Part shown: positions 55,673 to 64,000 of the stretch, piece after piece
Numbering within the stretch: position 1 is the first letter of the stretch
Layout of the letters: each line of letters opens with the position of its first letter
NCBI GenBank assembly: GCA_964016885.1
Contig: OZ024740.1
Span: 230,764,001 to 230,828,000, forward strand
Source of the DNA: Eledone cirrhosa
Lineage: Eukaryota
Reading direction: 5' to 3'
Length of the DNA: 64,000 nucleotides
Notes under the pieces: generated by a model
Databases searched by the model: none
Told to the model about the DNA's origin: nothing
Seen by the model: only the letters and a program-made list of their open reading frames with translations
Made by a program: the position numbers and the translations under genes

Positions 55673-56879
55673 GTGTGTATATGTATATATATGTGTATGT
55701 GTATGTATATGTATATGTATGCGTATTAATTTTGATTTTTATTTGCATATAATTATATTATGCTATTGATGAAATACAATATCTGCTTTATGTATTGTAT
55801 ACCTAATTAACATATACTAATTAACGTATACTATTGAAATAAATATATAATTTTTAATTTAGTTAACATATAATTTATATGCTACTACCGATGTAATACT
55901 TTATTTTATTTTTATTTGGGTTTCTTTTCCCTATTACTAAATTCATCTCCTAATATTGATACCATAACGTTATTAACTTTAATTTAGTTATAATGTAATT
56001 AATAATCTACTACTGTTTGACTTCATAATTCTGCTTCAAATATTATAAACCTAACTAATTTACACCTTGGAAATCAATATGTTGACTATCTTTGGTTTAG
56101 TTAACATATGATTAATGGTATACTTTTTTATTTTGGGATGCATAGATTTCGTATTTCCTAGCACTGAAAATATGTAAGAACATACATTGAATTAAGATAC
56201 GGAAAATATTATATGTTTCTTGAAACATATATTTACTTTGATCCCCTTCTCCAAACCCCCCCTTTCCCCCATACTATTATCATCTGTTTTTGTAAGCGTA
56301 TATGTATGAATATATGTGTAGGTGGGTGTCTATATAGGTTTTGGTATTTATTTCTAAATATAAAAATACATATATGAGCATGTAAATATGAATGTAAGAT
56401 TGAGTGTGTATATATGATTGTGCATACATATGTATGTATATATATGTATATATATGTATTATATATGTATGTGTATGTGAATGTGTAGTATGTATATGTG
56501 TATGTATATGTATATATGTGTATGTATGTGTATGCTTGTATATAGGAATATATATATGTGTGTATATATGTATGTATATGTATATGCGTGTTTGTATGTA
56601 TGTGTATATGGGTTCTGTATATATTTGTATGTCTCTCTATTTATATGTTTATCTTCGTATCTATGTGATATATGTGTGTATGTGTGCACGTATGCATATG
56701 TATGTGTTTGTGTGTGTTTGTATGTGTGTGTGTATATATATATGTATTTGCGCACACTCACATACACACATATATATATATATATATATGTGAGTGTGTA
56801 TGTGTGTCTGTGTGTGTGTGTGTGTGTGTATGTGTATATATATATATATATATATGTGTATATGTATGTGTATATATAT

Positions 56880-56917
<38 letters not shown>

Positions 56918-57288
56918 ATATAGGTGTCTATGTGTGAATATATGTCTTTATTCGTATGTGTGTATTTATGTATGTATATATTTGGGTGTATGTATGTGTG
57001 TGTATGTATGTATGTGTATATATATGTATATATGTATATATGTATATGTGTGTATGTATATATATATATATATATATTATTCTTTATTATTATTGTAATA
57101 TAACTTATGTGTATATGTGTATAAGTGAGGTTGTGTATGTATATATACTATGTGTATGTATAAGAGTGGTGAAATATATATATATATATATATATGTGCA
57201 TGTCTGTTTTTTATGTGTGTGTATATATATATATGTATGTGTATATGTATGTGTGTGTGTATGTGTATGTGTACGTGTGTGTATGTGG

Positions 57289-57319
<31 letters not shown>

Positions 57320-57431
57320 CATGTGGGTGTTTGTATGTGTATTTATGGTGGTATGAGTGTGGGGATATATATGTTTGTATATATATATGTATATGTATAT
57401 ATATATATATGAGTCTATGTGTGTGTGTATA

Positions 57432-57470
<39 letters not shown>

Positions 57471-58576
57471 ATGTGTGTATGTGTTGCGCGTGAGTGTGTG
57501 TGTATTTATATCTTTTTATATGTGTATGTGTATGTTCGTGTAAATGTATGTGTGTGTATGACAGTATAGGTATGTGTGTATGTATGTATGTGTAGATATC
57601 TCTATGTGCGCGTACATGTATGTATGTGTATGTATATCTGTATGTGTATGTACATTTTATTATATTTTATTGTTTTTATTTTTTTATTTTTCTTAATTTA
57701 TAGATACATTTATATTAGGCTGTCTGGTCTGACAATCTAATACTGACCCCTCCCCCCCCCTCCCACCTAATTTCTGTATCTTGATCTTGAAATGTGTGTA
57801 CCAGTGTTTTTATGTGAGTGACTTAATTTCTATTTGCTTATGATTTTATATCCACATATATAAATGTGAGTGGGGGAGTGTGTGTGTTTGTATGTTCGTG
57901 GTTATGTATGTATTTATGCATATACGCACATGTATGTGTGATTATACTGATATGTGTGAGTATGAAAAAAATATATTTATATGCTTGACTCCATAAGTAT
58001 CATTGCGTATCTTATCAGCGCATTAAGCTTACAGAGATATTAACCTTGAAATTTTGTGGTTGCATCCATCTTTTTAGTATGCACATACAAATTATACACA
58101 CATTATTGTAAAATATGTGTAAGGTTTTTACATGTATATACACACACCAAACTGCTTTTAACCCTTTGTGTTTTTCATTGGTCAATTTTGAACTGATATT
58201 TTGAATTGTTGTTATTATCAATAAATATACTTCATTATTTCTGAAGACGGCGTATATATGAGTTAGGTATGTATATTTAATCTTGATAATTTGTATAATT
58301 TTGTATAATTTTGTACATAGATCTGTTAAATATGCATACCAATTATAACACATATATACCCTAGAAACGATCGTTAAATAGTGAACTTTTTTTGTTTAAT
58401 ATAAGGAATTGTTTGTTCATTATTTGTTTAATATTTTATCTTGACTCTGTATACCGTTTATCTTTCACCGAAAGTGGATTTTCATTACATCTCTTCTTTC
58501 CATGATATCCGGAATACATTGAGTTCTTCATACGGATTGGACACTACCGTAAACTCTTGGTAGATTTATCTACATA
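53810..58576 (+). mobile_element. Penelope-like element unit C, inverted, 5'-truncated about 400 codons into the ORF, with ~137-nt tail
   Basis: Reverse complement of 48017-53137 without the SINE; ORF remnant ends at 55056. Confidence 0.92.
58231..58385 (+). ncRNA. Type I hammerhead ribozyme candidate, unit C
   Basis: Stem I TTCATTATTT (58231-40) / AAATAGTGAA (58376-85); CTGAAGA 58241-47; GAAA 58364-67; palindromic stem III ACGATCGT; predicted cleavage after GUU at 58375. Confidence 0.8.
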
Positions 58577-62350
<3,774 letters not shown>

Positions 62351-62351
62351 A

Positions 62352-63101
62352 AAAAAGTAGGTCCTTCATCAGTGACCCTCCAACCGTCCCAGGCATTTCA
62401 TCGCTTTAAGGGCTATATGCCTCAGGTTGGTGCGAACAACGGCTAAAAAAAGTCGTTGGGACACGTAAACAAAGGGGACGCCAGGGTAACAAACAAAAAA
62501 GTTTAAGCAACGGAAAGTGAGAAGAAATAGACAAGTCCCAGATCTCTATGAATATAAACTCGGTGAAATCGTGAACAAGAGACAAAAGACCATCAAACCT
62601 GGTTGAAATGTGAGCAAGGAAAGAATTTCGCCCAAGTTTGACGGGGGGGGGGAAGAGAGAGAGAAAAGAGAGAAGAGGAAGAAGAAGAAGAAGAAGAAGA
62701 AGAAGAAGAAGAAGAAGAAGAAGAAGAAGAAGAAGAAGAAGAAGAAGATAAAGGGGTCTGGTCTACGAATTCGGTAAACGTAAGTTTTGTGAAGTCGCAG
62801 ACGAAAGAGAGAGAGAAAAAAATTTCCATACCAGCTTGGTCAAGACCGCGCGAAAAAAGAATTACACACAGGTCAAACTTGAAGGAGGAGGAGGAAAGAG
62901 GAGGAGGAGAGGTAGTGACAGAGAATGAGTGAGTGAAAGTTGAGGAGGAGGCTAACAGAGAAAGAGACTGCTAGAAAGGGTAAAAACGAACAGACGAGTG
63001 GCAGCAGAATAAAAATTATGTGTAAATATGAAAATAATAGGCTGCCCGTTGCAAATGGTGTGGCATGTGAAAAAGTAGGTCCTTCATCAGTGACCCTCCA
63101 A
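62352..63101. other. 750-bp island with 32-bp terminal direct repeats and an internal (GAA)n tract, embedded in (TA)n
   Basis: AAAAAGTAGGTCCTTCATCAGTGACCCTCCAA at 62352-62383 and 63070-63101. Confidence 0.8.
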
Positions 63102-63942
<841 letters not shown>

Positions 63943-64000
63943 CATCAGCGTTTTACGTCCGTTCTTCCATGCTAGCATGGGTTAGATGGGCTGTGCTGTT

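Overview
AT-rich animal genomic DNA. The RTE LINEs, tRNA-derived SINEs and kilobase (TA)n arrays suggest a coleoid cephalopod such as Octopus (inference). One host gene is visible: carnitine O-acetyltransferase (CRAT-like) on the minus strand. Nine GT-AG coding exons (34616 down to 1954) join in frame and include the catalytic EHxxxEG motif; the first exon was not located and the 3' exons probably lie left of the window. Introns hold many RTE fragments, SINEs, a CRE-like fragment, a decayed Neptune-like Penelope element and minisatellites. The standout is a very young Penelope-like element (RT plus C-terminal GIY-YIG, probably Hydra clade) inserted in (TA)n as a 16.5-kb tandem-plus-inverted trimer (42035-58576) with one intact ORF. 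Each unit carries a type I hammerhead ribozyme with a palindromic stem III and an unusual ~116-nt stem II. A diverged 560-bp non-coding palindrome of two such ribozymes (38056-38616) has exactly the same asymmetric ends as the large insertion. Coordinates were read by eye; repeat boundaries are approximate.
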